Source: Firmicutes bacterium UBA5509 (GTDB lineage Bacteria; Bacillota; Proteinivoracia; UBA4975). From it: DNA of 64,000 nucleotides. The translations under genes were made by a program, and so were the position numbers. The notes beneath the pieces are model-generated. The model had not been told where the DNA came from. It ran no database searches and saw only the letters and a program-made list of their open reading frames with translations. The DNA lies in assembly GCA_002423965.1 (NCBI GenBank), contig DIOR01000023.1, forward strand, positions 90,997-154,996. Reading direction: 5' to 3'. Of the stretch, positions 1 through 9,038 are shown piece after piece (within the stretch, counting starts at the first letter, position 1; each line of letters begins with the position of its first letter).

Positions 1-485
1 ACCCCTGTCCCTGCGGCTACTATGGCGTAGAGGGAGGGCTCTGTACTTGTACAGTGGGTCAAATCAGCAGGTACCGCAGCAGATTTTCGGGCCCAATCTT
101 GGACCGCATTGATTTATGGCTGGATATACCCCCTGTCAGCTATGAAAAATTGCGGCAAAGGGGGCGGGAAGAAGATTCTTCAGCAGTGCGCCAAAGGGTA
201 CTGGCCGCCCGGGATATTCAAAAACGCCGCTTTGGCGTCAGTCAACTCAATGGCGAAATGAATAGCCATCAGGTTGAAGTTAATTGTACGCTGGACTTCC
301 AGGGAGAAGCATTATTAAAAGAAGCCTTTCGCCGTCTGCGTCTTAGTGCTCGGGCCCATCAACGAGTCTTGAAGGTAGCTAGGACAATTGCAGATCTTGC
401 AGGCAGGCAGCATATACTCAGGGAGGATATGGCAGAGGCTTTGTCATACCGTAGTTTTTCCTGGCAAGGAGATGATGGATATTAA
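1..485 (+). CDS. comM: ComM/YifB-family Mg-chelatase-like ATPase, C-terminal part (gene begins upstream of the window)
   Basis: The reading frame is open from base 3 (PCPCGYYG zinc-binding motif ... ILDRIDLWLDIPPVSYEKL), matching the ComM C-terminal region. The ORF track starts it at an internal GTG, but the frame continues to the window edge. Confidence 0.85.
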   Translation, partial: PCPCGYYGVEGGLCTCTVGQISRYRSRFSGPILDRIDLWLDIPPVSYEKLRQRGREEDSSAVRQRVLAARDIQKRRFGVSQLNGEMNSHQVEVNCTLDFQGEALLKEAFRRLRLSARAHQRVLKVARTIADLAGRQHILREDMAEALSYRSFSWQGDDGY

Positions 486-1032
486 CGATATCGTTGCTAC
501 CAGTCACTTTTTTGTCAGCCGTTATATGAAACCCGGAGCTGTTGTAGTGGACGCAACTGCCGGCAATGGTTATGATACTCTTTTTTTAGCTAGGCTCCTT
601 GGTGAGGAAGGCCGGGTTCATGCATTTGACCTACAAAAACATGCCCTTGACAATACCAGGGCTTTATTGGCAAAAAACGGCTTGGAACATAGGGTATCCC
701 TTTACCTGGATTCCCATAGGAATATTCCCCAAAGGGTTGCGGCCCCAGTGCAGGTTGTAATGTTTAATTTAGGATACTTGCCAGGGGGAGAGAAGGATGT
801 CGCTACTTGCCCTCAGGAAACTCTCGCTGCTCTTGAGGGCAGTCGGGAGGTATTAGCCAAGGGGGGAGTTATTTCTGTGGCCACCTATTCTGGGCATCCG
901 GGGGGAAAGAGTGAGGAGGAGGCAGTGGCAGCCTGGTGCAGCAAGCTCAATCCTGGTAAGTACACCGTAATGTGCCTGAGGGTGCTGAACAAAGAAAATA
1001 ACCCCCCCCAATTGTGGTTAATAAAAGGGTGA
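472..1032 (+). CDS. ytqB: Class I SAM-dependent methyltransferase, YtqB-like (rRNA/tRNA methyltransferase family)
   Basis: The VVDATAGNGYDTLFLA motif matches the DATMGNGHDTQFLA motif of B. subtilis YtqB. Start chosen at MMDINDIV (ATG 472/475), overlapping the comM stop. Confidence 0.8.
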   Translation: MMDINDIVATSHFFVSRYMKPGAVVVDATAGNGYDTLFLARLLGEEGRVHAFDLQKHALDNTRALLAKNGLEHRVSLYLDSHRNIPQRVAAPVQVVMFNLGYLPGGEKDVATCPQETLAALEGSREVLAKGGVISVATYSGHPGGKSEEEAVAAWCSKLNPGKYTVMCLRVLNKENNPPQLWLIKG

Positions 1033-1084
1033 CAGCTTTTATTCTCCCAGCATAGGCTAAAGTAACGGGAAAATTGGGAGGGGG

Positions 1085-1360
1085 TTGCCTGTGCTTTCGG
1101 GGAAGGTCATTGATGTGCATACAGGCTATCCTGTGGCAGGTGTTAGGTTGGGGTGTCTAAGACCGGGAACCGTGCACAACTGTCGCAGCGACGCCACAGG
1201 GGGGTTTAGTTTTACAGACATCAATGAAGGCTGCTGGCAAGTCAAGGCCAATAAACCTCCATACGCTGAACACATCAGTACACAATGCGTGGAGGGAAAT
1301 TTGCAAATCCATATATGTCTATTGATAGAGGGACTGGAGGATGGGGTGGTGACTGCCTAA
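1085..1360 (+). CDS. Small protein with a carboxypeptidase-regulatory-like (CarbopepD_reg) beta-sandwich motif; TTG start
   Basis: Sequence GKVIDVHTGYPVAGVRL...SDATGGFSF is typical of CarbopepD_reg domains. GGGAGGGGG Shine-Dalgarno lies before the TTG. Only 91 aa, so the call is weak. Confidence 0.4.
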   Translation: MPVLSGKVIDVHTGYPVAGVRLGCLRPGTVHNCRSDATGGFSFTDINEGCWQVKANKPPYAEHISTQCVEGNLQIHICLLIEGLEDGVVTA

Positions 1361-1842
1361 TAACCGATGACAATCAAACTAGACAGGTGAACGCGGAGGT
1401 TGTGGGTGCTGTCCCGCAACCTCTTATATGTTAGCTCAAAAGAGTTTTCCCCCTTATTCCGGAAAACCCTGACGGAGGGGACCATTATTATGCCATGGCG
1501 GATTTTTTCCGCTTCTAGCATTTTTAATAGGGCCAGCCAGACTTTGGTGTAGAGGTTGCATCTTTCGATTTCAATGGCCACACCGGTGCTGGGATTGAAA
1601 TAGTCCACTTCAAAGAGACAACCTTGCTGAAAGAGCTGAACTTTTCGGTTGGTAACTGAATGAATAAACCCTAGCTCTTCCAGGCCTGGCCTTAAAATAA
1701 GTTCAATTTTGCGGCTCTTTTCATTTTTAGTGTCCCGGATGTTCACAATGTAATCCTTCTGGGCGGCAATCACTTTTAAAATGCCTTCGAAATCCGGTTG
1801 AGGCAGTTGGTTTTTAATTATATAATAAAGGGGATAATCCAT
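1357..1842 (-). CDS. Hypothetical protein (162 aa) with a PD-(D/E)xK-like motif (VD-x10-EIE), possibly a BglII/BamHI-like nuclease fold
   Basis: On the - strand an AGGAG lies 8 nt upstream of ATG (MDYPLYYIIKN...). The longer 226-aa ORF would overlap the amidohydrolase gene by 155 nt and has a low-complexity N-terminus, so I trimmed it. The resemblance of FEVDYFNPSTGVAIEIER to the BglII active-site strand (as I recall it) is unverified. GC looks lower than the neighbouring genes. Confidence 0.5.
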   Translation of the reverse strand: MDYPLYYIIKNQLPQPDFEGILKVIAAQKDYIVNIRDTKNEKSRKIELILRPGLEELGFIHSVTNRKVQLFQQGCLFEVDYFNPSTGVAIEIERCNLYTKVWLALLKMLEAEKIRHGIIMVPSVRVFRNKGENSFELTYKRLRDSTHNLRVHLSSLIVIGY

Positions 1843-1882
1843 TATCCGCACTCCTATCCGGGGTGGTAAGGGAGGATTTGAA

Positions 1883-3400
1883 ATGTTCGTAGCCGGAGAC
1901 CGCATATTTGACGGGAAAAATTTTCGCAGGGGCACCTTAGAAATCCAAGCTGGGCACATTAAGGCTTTTAGACCGGCAAGGGAGGGGGTCGCCCTGATTA
2001 CTCCTGGGTTGATTGATTCCCACTTACATCTTGTCAACCTGGGATTAGACCTGCAGGGTCTACAGCTTAGGGACTGCCAAAGTCAAGGGGAGTTTGTTCA
2101 GGCTTTTCGGGAATACTCCCAGACTGGTTCAAAAGGGTGGATTACTGGGCGGGGATGGGATCAAAATAAACTTGGCTTTACACCAACTCGCCAGTTGTTG
2201 GACTCTCTTTGTCCGGACAGACCTGCGGTCCTTACCAGGACCTGTGGCCATGTGGTGGTGGTAAACTCAAAGGCTTTGGAGATGGCAGGAATCGCAAACT
2301 CCACGGAAATTGTCGGTGGCGTGTTGCGGCGGGATTCTTCAGGAGAACTGACGGGTATACTGGAGGAGAAAGCAGTAAATTTAGTCACCGATGTCATTCC
2401 ACAGCCAGATTCAGCTACTCTTTATAGTGCCTTAGTCGCTGCCATAAAATACGCTCAAAGCTACGGGATTACCGGAGCTCATACCGATGACCGGGGACAG
2501 GTAAAGGATTACCTTAGTCTTTGGGGATTATACTACCGAGTGACACAGTCATATCCCTTGCGGGTGCAACTTCACTACACCATAACATGTCCAGAGGATC
2601 TTCGGGATTACATAAGCCTTAGGGCAGAGCTGCAAGATACAGCTTTTGTATACAAAGGTGCTGCCAAAATATTTTTGGACGGTTCGTTGGGAGCAGGGAC
2701 AGCTGCCCTAGTGGAGGATTACAGTGATGACCCAGGCAGCAGGGGGGTATTGGTCTATGATGATTGTACACTTAGAGAAATTGTAACTATCGCTGAAGAA
2801 TATGGGATTCAACTGGCGGTTCATGCTATCGGCGATAGGGCTACAGAACAATTTTTGCGGATTCTAGAAGAGGTAAGAGGGTTAAAGCCGGGGCCGATTA
2901 GGCACAGACTCGTGCACTTTCAGGTTACAAATATCTCTCAGATCAATCGAGCTAAAGCCCTTGATTTAGCAATTGAAATTCAGCCGGCGTTTTTGCGGAC
3001 AGATATGCACTGGGCAGAAAGCCGTCTGGGCTACACACGCCTGCAAACCAGCTATTGTTGGCAGACTATGGATAATGCAGGTTTGTATTTAAGTGGTGGT
3101 TCAGATTCTCCCGTAGAAGAAATCAATCCATGGCTGGGAGTGGCGGCAGCTGTGACCCGCCAGGACGGCAAGGGGAACTTTGCTTCAGCCTGGCGGAAGG
3201 ATGAGTCCTTGGGGCTGGAAAGGGCTCTGTCCCTTTTCACATCCTCTGCGGCGGGGCTTGCTGGCTGGCAGCAGCTTGGAAGCGTTAGCCCAGGGAAGAT
3301 TGCCGACTTGGCCATATATTCTCAGTTCGATCCCGGAAACCTATGGGGAACAAGACCTAATCAAGTCTTAGTCCAAGGGAACATAGTCTATCAGAGGTGA
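1883..3400 (+). CDS. Amidohydrolase-3 family metal-dependent hydrolase (YtcJ-like)
   Basis: 505 aa. N-terminal PGLIDSHLHL metal-binding motif. GGAGG Shine-Dalgarno 7 nt before the ATG. Confidence 0.85.
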   Translation: MFVAGDRIFDGKNFRRGTLEIQAGHIKAFRPAREGVALITPGLIDSHLHLVNLGLDLQGLQLRDCQSQGEFVQAFREYSQTGSKGWITGRGWDQNKLGFTPTRQLLDSLCPDRPAVLTRTCGHVVVVNSKALEMAGIANSTEIVGGVLRRDSSGELTGILEEKAVNLVTDVIPQPDSATLYSALVAAIKYAQSYGITGAHTDDRGQVKDYLSLWGLYYRVTQSYPLRVQLHYTITCPEDLRDYISLRAELQDTAFVYKGAAKIFLDGSLGAGTAALVEDYSDDPGSRGVLVYDDCTLREIVTIAEEYGIQLAVHAIGDRATEQFLRILEEVRGLKPGPIRHRLVHFQVTNISQINRAKALDLAIEIQPAFLRTDMHWAESRLGYTRLQTSYCWQTMDNAGLYLSGGSDSPVEEINPWLGVAAAVTRQDGKGNFASAWRKDESLGLERALSLFTSSAAGLAGWQQLGSVSPGKIADLAIYSQFDPGNLWGTRPNQVLVQGNIVYQR

Positions 3401-3405
3401 GTTTG

Positions 3406-4464
3406 ATGAAAAAAGTCTTAGTGGCTATGAGTGGCGGCGTCGACAGTTCGGTGGCAGCCGCCCTTTTACAAGAACAGGGTTACCAGGTCAGCGGGGCAAC
3501 CATCCAGATGTGGCACGGCACTGCCGAGAGCCCTTGCTCTCGGGAAGCCGTTGAGGATGCTAGCCGTGTTGCCGATAGCTTGGGCATCCCCTTTTACACT
3601 TTTGACATGGAAGAAGTATTTCACAAGGAGGTCATAGATTACTTCGTTAAGGAATATACATTGGGAAGAACACCTAATCCATGCATCCAATGTAACCGGA
3701 GGATAAAGTTCGGACAATTTTTCCACATAGCAGATGAATTAGGTGTAGATTTCATCGCTACTGGTCATTACGCCCGCATTGTCAAGGAGGGGGAGCGCAG
3801 GCGGCTACTGCGGGGACTGCGTACCGAAAAGGATCAGAGTTATTTTCTCTATCCCTTGACTGAGGACAAGTTGAAGCGAATCCTCTTTCCCGTTGGCGAC
3901 TATACCAAGAATGAGATTCGCTTGATGGCAAAGCGGTTTCAGTTGAAGATTGCAGATAAACCCGACAGCCAAGAAATTTGCTTTGTTCCTGGGAATGATT
4001 ATAAAGACTTCCTTCGCAGCCAGGGCGGTCTAACAGAAACTCCAGGAGATATTGTCGACACACAGGGAAATGTCATCGGTTGCCACGATGGTGTGTTTAA
4101 TTTTACTATTGGGCAACGTCGAGGCTTGGGAGTTTCCCAGGGGACGCCCCTGTATGTATTAGACATTAATGCCAAGACAAATACCATTGTGGTTGGCAGC
4201 AATGAGGAAACCGGGGGCAGGGTTTTTACTGTTGATGATTTTACCTGGATCTCAGGGTCGTCACCAGGTGAAAGCTTTCAGTCTAAAGTGCAGATTAGAT
4301 ATAATGCCCAGGCCCAGCCTGCAAATGTCAGGCTCTTATTCCCGGGAAGGGTAAGAATAGAATTTTTCCAACCCCAGAGGGCTGTCGCCCCGGGACAGGC
4401 TGCGGTGATTTATGCTGGGGAAGAAGTGTTAGGCGGGGGGAAAATTACCGAGAGATTATTGTAA
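3406..4464 (+). CDS. mnmA: tRNA-specific 2-thiouridylase MnmA (TrmU)
   Basis: MKKVLVAMSGGVDSSVAA PP-loop, and overall length and motifs match MnmA. AGAGGTGAG Shine-Dalgarno then ATG at 3406. Confidence 0.9.
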   Translation: MKKVLVAMSGGVDSSVAAALLQEQGYQVSGATIQMWHGTAESPCSREAVEDASRVADSLGIPFYTFDMEEVFHKEVIDYFVKEYTLGRTPNPCIQCNRRIKFGQFFHIADELGVDFIATGHYARIVKEGERRRLLRGLRTEKDQSYFLYPLTEDKLKRILFPVGDYTKNEIRLMAKRFQLKIADKPDSQEICFVPGNDYKDFLRSQGGLTETPGDIVDTQGNVIGCHDGVFNFTIGQRRGLGVSQGTPLYVLDINAKTNTIVVGSNEETGGRVFTVDDFTWISGSSPGESFQSKVQIRYNAQAQPANVRLLFPGRVRIEFFQPQRAVAPGQAAVIYAGEEVLGGGKITERLL

Positions 4465-4476
4465 AGGGGGAAAGCT

Positions 4477-5727
4477 ATGGACACATCTGTATCGTTGTCG
4501 GCAAAACGCAGAGATGCAAATGCCCGCGCCCAGGAATTAAAGGAACGCATTGATGACTATAGCAAGGTTAGTGCTACTATTCCCACTGGTAGCAATGTCC
4601 GTTCAAGAATTGAAGCCCAGAAGAACAGAATCCTTGAATTCCTTGGCGGAAAAGATGAAGATTGGAATGACTGGAAATGGCAGCTTAAAAACCGCATTAC
4701 TGAACCAGCTGTATTGGCGAATATTATCGGGCTTTCCCGACAGGAGCTGGAGGAAATAAAGGCAACGGGTGCAAAGTTTCGCTGGGCCCTTTCTCCTTAT
4801 TACGCAAGCCTTATTGACCCCAGTGACCACAACTGTCCCGCTCGCCTCCAGTCGGTGCCAAGAGTAAAGGAAATACTTGATGAAACGGGAACTTTAGATC
4901 CAATGGCGGAAGAACTTACTTCCCCGGTGGAGGGAATTACGCGCAGATATCCTGATCGTCTAATTATCAATGTTACCAATCAATGTGCCATGTACTGCCG
5001 GCATTGTCAGCGGCGTCGCAATATAGGGGAGACTGATAAAAATACCTCCCGAAAATGTTTATCTCAGTGTCTTGATTACATTCGAAACAATCCTGAAATA
5101 AGGGATGTCTTGTTGACCGGGGGAGATGCTCTGCTCCTAGATAATAGCACCATCGACTGGTTGCTAGCTGAGTTGGATGCCATTCCTACTGTGGAAATTA
5201 AGCGCCTGGGCACTAGGACGCCGGTGACCATGCCTCAGCGCATCACTCCTGAGTTATGCGGGATTCTAGAGCGCCACCATCCCGTCTTTGTCAATACCCA
5301 GTTCAACCATCCCCTGGAGATTACTAAGGAGGCCGCAGAGGCCTGCGTGCTACTGGCGGGGGCAGGAGTGCCTTTGGGTAACCAAGCTGTTCTCCTGGCA
5401 GGAATTAATGACTCTGCCCATGTAATGAAAAAGCTCAATCAGGAACTTCTAAAAATCAGAGTTCGTCCTTACTATATCTTTCATGCTAAGAATGTTCAGG
5501 GGACAATGCACTTTGTCACCAGTATAGAAACCGGGCTGGAAATAATGGATAAGCTACGGGGGTATACTTCTGGTCTGGCGGTGCCTACTTATGTCATTAA
5601 CGCTCCTCATGGCTATGGCAAGACGCCCATACTGCCGGATTACCTACTGTGGCTGACTCCTGAGCAAGGGGTAATTAGAACTTGGGAAAACAGAATCCTA
5701 TCCTATCCCAATCAGCGGGCCAAATGA
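4477..5727 (+). CDS. kamA: Lysine 2,3-aminomutase (radical SAM, PLP-dependent)
   Basis: 416 aa. CAMYCRHCQRRR radical-SAM cluster motif and overall similarity to clostridial LAM (C. subterminale type). Confidence 0.9.
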   Translation: MDTSVSLSAKRRDANARAQELKERIDDYSKVSATIPTGSNVRSRIEAQKNRILEFLGGKDEDWNDWKWQLKNRITEPAVLANIIGLSRQELEEIKATGAKFRWALSPYYASLIDPSDHNCPARLQSVPRVKEILDETGTLDPMAEELTSPVEGITRRYPDRLIINVTNQCAMYCRHCQRRRNIGETDKNTSRKCLSQCLDYIRNNPEIRDVLLTGGDALLLDNSTIDWLLAELDAIPTVEIKRLGTRTPVTMPQRITPELCGILERHHPVFVNTQFNHPLEITKEAAEACVLLAGAGVPLGNQAVLLAGINDSAHVMKKLNQELLKIRVRPYYIFHAKNVQGTMHFVTSIETGLEIMDKLRGYTSGLAVPTYVINAPHGYGKTPILPDYLLWLTPEQGVIRTWENRILSYPNQRAK

Positions 5728-5736
5728 CCCACATTG

Positions 5737-5775
5737 AAATCGGCATTGCTGCAAAGGCTGTGCCGATTTACATTA
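5737..5775 (+). terminator. Hairpin after kamA (9-bp stem AAATCGGCA/TGCCGATTT, 15-nt loop) followed by a U-rich stretch
   Basis: Perfect inverted repeat seen directly. The U-tract is interrupted (TACATTATT). Confidence 0.4.
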
Positions 5776-5889
5776 TTGTGATTTACCGGGGTAGGTACGA
5801 CCGACTATATGTTTTAAACGGGTTTTTGTTTGACAATTGGCTTATTTCCTGATACCTTAAAGAAAATTTGTAAGACTGGGGCGGTGGAC

Positions 5890-6984
5890 ATGGGTGAAGT
5901 AGAAAAATGGATTGCCCTGACTAACGTGCCTAATCTAGGGCCACGGCGAATTGCCAAGGTCTATAGGGAATTGGGGAATATCGATAGTTTCTTTTCCGGC
6001 AATAGCTCCTTGCTTTCCAATGTGCTGAACTTAAAGACGGAAATCATCGACGGAATGTTGCGAGCTGTTGATCTTAAGTATGGTATTTCTGGACTTAAGG
6101 AGTGCCGGAGGCTGGGGATTAGGGTGATCTGTCCTCAATCAGCTGAATATCCACCTTTACTGCTGGACTGTCACGACCCCCCACCTGTACTATACTACTT
6201 GGGTTCATTGCCCCGACAGGATCTGTTGGGGGTGGTGGGTTCACGGAAAGCAACCCGATATGGCAGATGGGCTGCAGGCGCGCTCATACCCCCTTTGTGT
6301 CAGGCTGGATTCGGCATAGCCAGTGGCCTTGCCCTGGGCATTGACGCCAGCGCGCATAAGGCCTGTCTTCAGGTAAAGGGCTATACCATTGCTGTCTTAG
6401 GCAATGGAGTAGACCAGTTCTATCCCTATGACAATAAAGGGCTGCAAAAGGAAATATTAGCTGCCGGTGGCTGCCTATTAAGCGAATTTTCTCCAGGAAC
6501 TAAGCCTCGTCCAGACCATTTTCCCCGCCGCAACCGAATCCTCAGCGGCCTTTGCCGCGGGGTGCTGGTAATTGAGGCGGGAATGAAGAGCGGTGCCATG
6601 ATCACCGTTGGCTTTGCCTTAGAGCAGGGCAGAGATGTGTTTTGTGTTCCCGGTAATATTGACAGTCCTCAGAGCGTGGGTACCAATAATCTCGTGCGCC
6701 TGGGGGCAAAACCAGTATTGTCAGCTGGAGATATTTTGGAAGAGTACCACTTGGATTTGCCCATTCACGTGCACAGTCACAGTGACCCTTCCCTAGACAA
6801 GGAGGAACGGGCTATCCTTAATCTCATAGACCAGCAAGGAGTTGGCCTTGATGATCTATGTTACCAGCTGGAACTTCCCGGGGGAGTTGTCCTTGCCCGG
6901 TTGGCAGCTCTTGAACTAAGGGGCTTAATTGAAAGGCTTCCTGGACAAAAATATATTCGTGCAAGTGGAGGTGCATCTTTGTGA
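5890..6984 (+). CDS. dprA: DNA-processing protein DprA (Smf)
   Basis: Rossmann-fold core GVVGSRKAT...ALGIDA...GGCLLSEF...FPRRNRI plus a C-terminal winged-helix region. The start could be the ATG at 5890 or the TTG at 5830. Confidence 0.85.
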   Translation: MGEVEKWIALTNVPNLGPRRIAKVYRELGNIDSFFSGNSSLLSNVLNLKTEIIDGMLRAVDLKYGISGLKECRRLGIRVICPQSAEYPPLLLDCHDPPPVLYYLGSLPRQDLLGVVGSRKATRYGRWAAGALIPPLCQAGFGIASGLALGIDASAHKACLQVKGYTIAVLGNGVDQFYPYDNKGLQKEILAAGGCLLSEFSPGTKPRPDHFPRRNRILSGLCRGVLVIEAGMKSGAMITVGFALEQGRDVFCVPGNIDSPQSVGTNNLVRLGAKPVLSAGDILEEYHLDLPIHVHSHSDPSLDKEERAILNLIDQQGVGLDDLCYQLELPGGVVLARLAALELRGLIERLPGQKYIRASGGASL

Positions 6985-9038
6985 ATCTAGTAATTGTAGA
7001 ATCACCTGCAAAAGCAAAGACTATCAACAAGTTTCTCGGCAAAAACTATACCGTCAAGCCTTCCATGGGGCATTTAATCGACCTCCCCAAGAGTCAACTG
7101 GGAGTGGAGCCTGATGAAGATTTTAAGGTTAAGTACATTACCATTCGGGGCAAAGGAAAGATATTAGCAGAATTACGTAGACTCGCGGCAAAAGCTGACG
7201 CCGTTTACCTGGCTACTGACCCCGACCGGGAGGGGGAGGCTATAGCATGGCATTTACATAATGAGTTTAAGCTGGACCCATTAGTTCCCTGCCGGGTGGA
7301 ATTTAATGAAATCACAAAGGGGGCAATAAAAAAGGCTTTTACTGCTCCCAGAAGGATAAATTACGATTTGGTGGACGCTCAACAGGCAAGAAGAGTCCTT
7401 GACCGCTTGGTGGGCTACAAAATTAGCCCTATCCTTTGGGAAAAGGTTAGACGGGGACTCAGTGCCGGCCGGGTTCAGTCTGCCACCCTAAACATCCTTT
7501 GCCTTCGTCAGGAAGAAATCGCTAAGTTTACTTCCCGGGAATACTGGACAATCGAAGGACAGTTTGACATCGAATCCACTAAGGTAAAGGCTGTGCTATC
7601 TAAGGTTGACGGCGAAAAACCCGTCTTGGACAATGAGGCTGTCGCAGGTTCTATAGCTCAGCGGGTAAAAAATACCCCCTTCATCCTCAGCAAGCTCATA
7701 TCCAAGCCCCGGCAAAAGCGGCCTAAGCCTCCCTTTATCACTAGCACATTGCAGCAACAGGCTGGCAGTAAGTTAAACTATAGCCCCAAAAAAACCATGG
7801 CCATAGCCCAACAATTATATGAAGGTATCGCCTTGGGTAAGCGAGGGACAACAGGTTTAATTACATACATGCGCACCGACTCAGTGCGTATATCCTCCGA
7901 GATTCAAAAAGCTACCGGGGATTTTTTAGCGGCACGCTTTTCTCCCCAGTATGTGCCCGAGACTCCGCCGGTATATTCCTCCCGCAAAGGTGCTCAGGAA
8001 GCACACGAAGCCATCCGCCCTACTAATGTCACCTTAACCCCAGAGGAAATTCAGGCCTATCTGACTCCTGAGCAGTTTGCTCTCTATCGCTTAATCTGGC
8101 AGCGCTTTGTCATGAGTCAGATGACGCCGGCAAAGTACATGCAGCAAACCGCCACTGTTAGCGGCGATGGGTTGGAATTCTTAGCTTCTGAAATGACCTT
8201 AATCTTTCCGGGATTTCTTGCCGCTGGTAATGGGGAGGAGGAAAAAGAAAAGGGTGTCAATCTGGGGGGTCTTATAGAGGGAAGTCCTGCTCATCTTGAG
8301 ACAGTGGTTCCCATACAGCACTTCACCCAACCCCCCCCAGCATATAGCGAAGCCATGCTTGTAAAAGAGATGGAGAATAAGGGGATAGGTAGGCCCAGCA
8401 CTTATGCACCTACTATTGAAACCCTGCTAAACAGAGGGTACGCCGAAAAGATAAACTCTGCATTGACTCCTACTGAATTGGGTATTACTGTCAACAACCT
8501 TTTGCGGGATTTCTTTCCGGATATCCCCAATCTAGATTTCACCGCCGCCCTTGAGAACCAGCTGGATACTGTGGGAGAAGGGGACTTGCACTGGAAGCAG
8601 GTAGTGGGATCCTTCTACTCCAAGTTTAAAAAATACGTGGAGATTGCCCAGGAAGAAATGGATACAGTCAATATTGAAGATGAGGTCAGTGACGAGATTT
8701 GTGAAAACTGTGGTCAAAACATGGTAATCAAAAGGGGAAGGTTTGGGAAATTCTTGGCCTGTCCTGGTTATCCCCAGTGCAAAAACACAAAGCCTTTGCT
8801 GACAAAAATTAATGTTCCTTGCCCCAAATGCGGGGGCAATATTGTTCAGCGTCGCAGCAAGAAGGGCAGGCTATTTTACGGTTGCGAAAAGTATCCCAGC
8901 TGTGATTTTGTATCTTGGAAGCGACCGGTTAAGGAGACATGTCCTCAGTGCCACTCCATGTTAGTGGTTGAGAAAAAAAACGTCCTGGCCTGCAGCAACC
9001 AGGACTGTGACTACCAGGTAATAAATAGCAATGCATAG
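6981..9038 (+). CDS. topA: DNA topoisomerase I with three C-terminal Zn-ribbon motifs
   Basis: Toprim N-terminus (VIVESPAKAKTI), ITYMRTDS catalytic-Tyr region, and C4 zinc fingers (CENCG, CPKCG, CPQCH). The GTGA at the start overlaps the dprA stop. Confidence 0.95.
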   Translation: MNLVIVESPAKAKTINKFLGKNYTVKPSMGHLIDLPKSQLGVEPDEDFKVKYITIRGKGKILAELRRLAAKADAVYLATDPDREGEAIAWHLHNEFKLDPLVPCRVEFNEITKGAIKKAFTAPRRINYDLVDAQQARRVLDRLVGYKISPILWEKVRRGLSAGRVQSATLNILCLRQEEIAKFTSREYWTIEGQFDIESTKVKAVLSKVDGEKPVLDNEAVAGSIAQRVKNTPFILSKLISKPRQKRPKPPFITSTLQQQAGSKLNYSPKKTMAIAQQLYEGIALGKRGTTGLITYMRTDSVRISSEIQKATGDFLAARFSPQYVPETPPVYSSRKGAQEAHEAIRPTNVTLTPEEIQAYLTPEQFALYRLIWQRFVMSQMTPAKYMQQTATVSGDGLEFLASEMTLIFPGFLAAGNGEEEKEKGVNLGGLIEGSPAHLETVVPIQHFTQPPPAYSEAMLVKEMENKGIGRPSTYAPTIETLLNRGYAEKINSALTPTELGITVNNLLRDFFPDIPNLDFTAALENQLDTVGEGDLHWKQVVGSFYSKFKKYVEIAQEEMDTVNIEDEVSDEICENCGQNMVIKRGRFGKFLACPGYPQCKNTKPLLTKINVPCPKCGGNIVQRRSKKGRLFYGCEKYPSCDFVSWKRPVKETCPQCHSMLVVEKKNVLACSNQDCDYQVINSNA

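Noticed and set aside
388-1842. A SAM methyltransferase (472-1032) close to the putative nuclease (1357-1842) could form a restriction-modification pair.
   Set aside because: The methyltransferase matches the YtqB-type housekeeping RNA methyltransferase (DATAGNGYDTLFLA), not a DNA N6/N4/C5 methyltransferase. It is co-oriented and overlapping with comM, and a separate small gene lies between it and the nuclease-like ORF.
1843-2037. N-terminal extension of the minus-strand ORF, giving 226 aa from the first ATG.
   Set aside because: It would overlap the amidohydrolase gene by 155 nt and has low-complexity, non-protein-like sequence. An AGGAG lies 8 nt upstream of the internal ATG at 1842.
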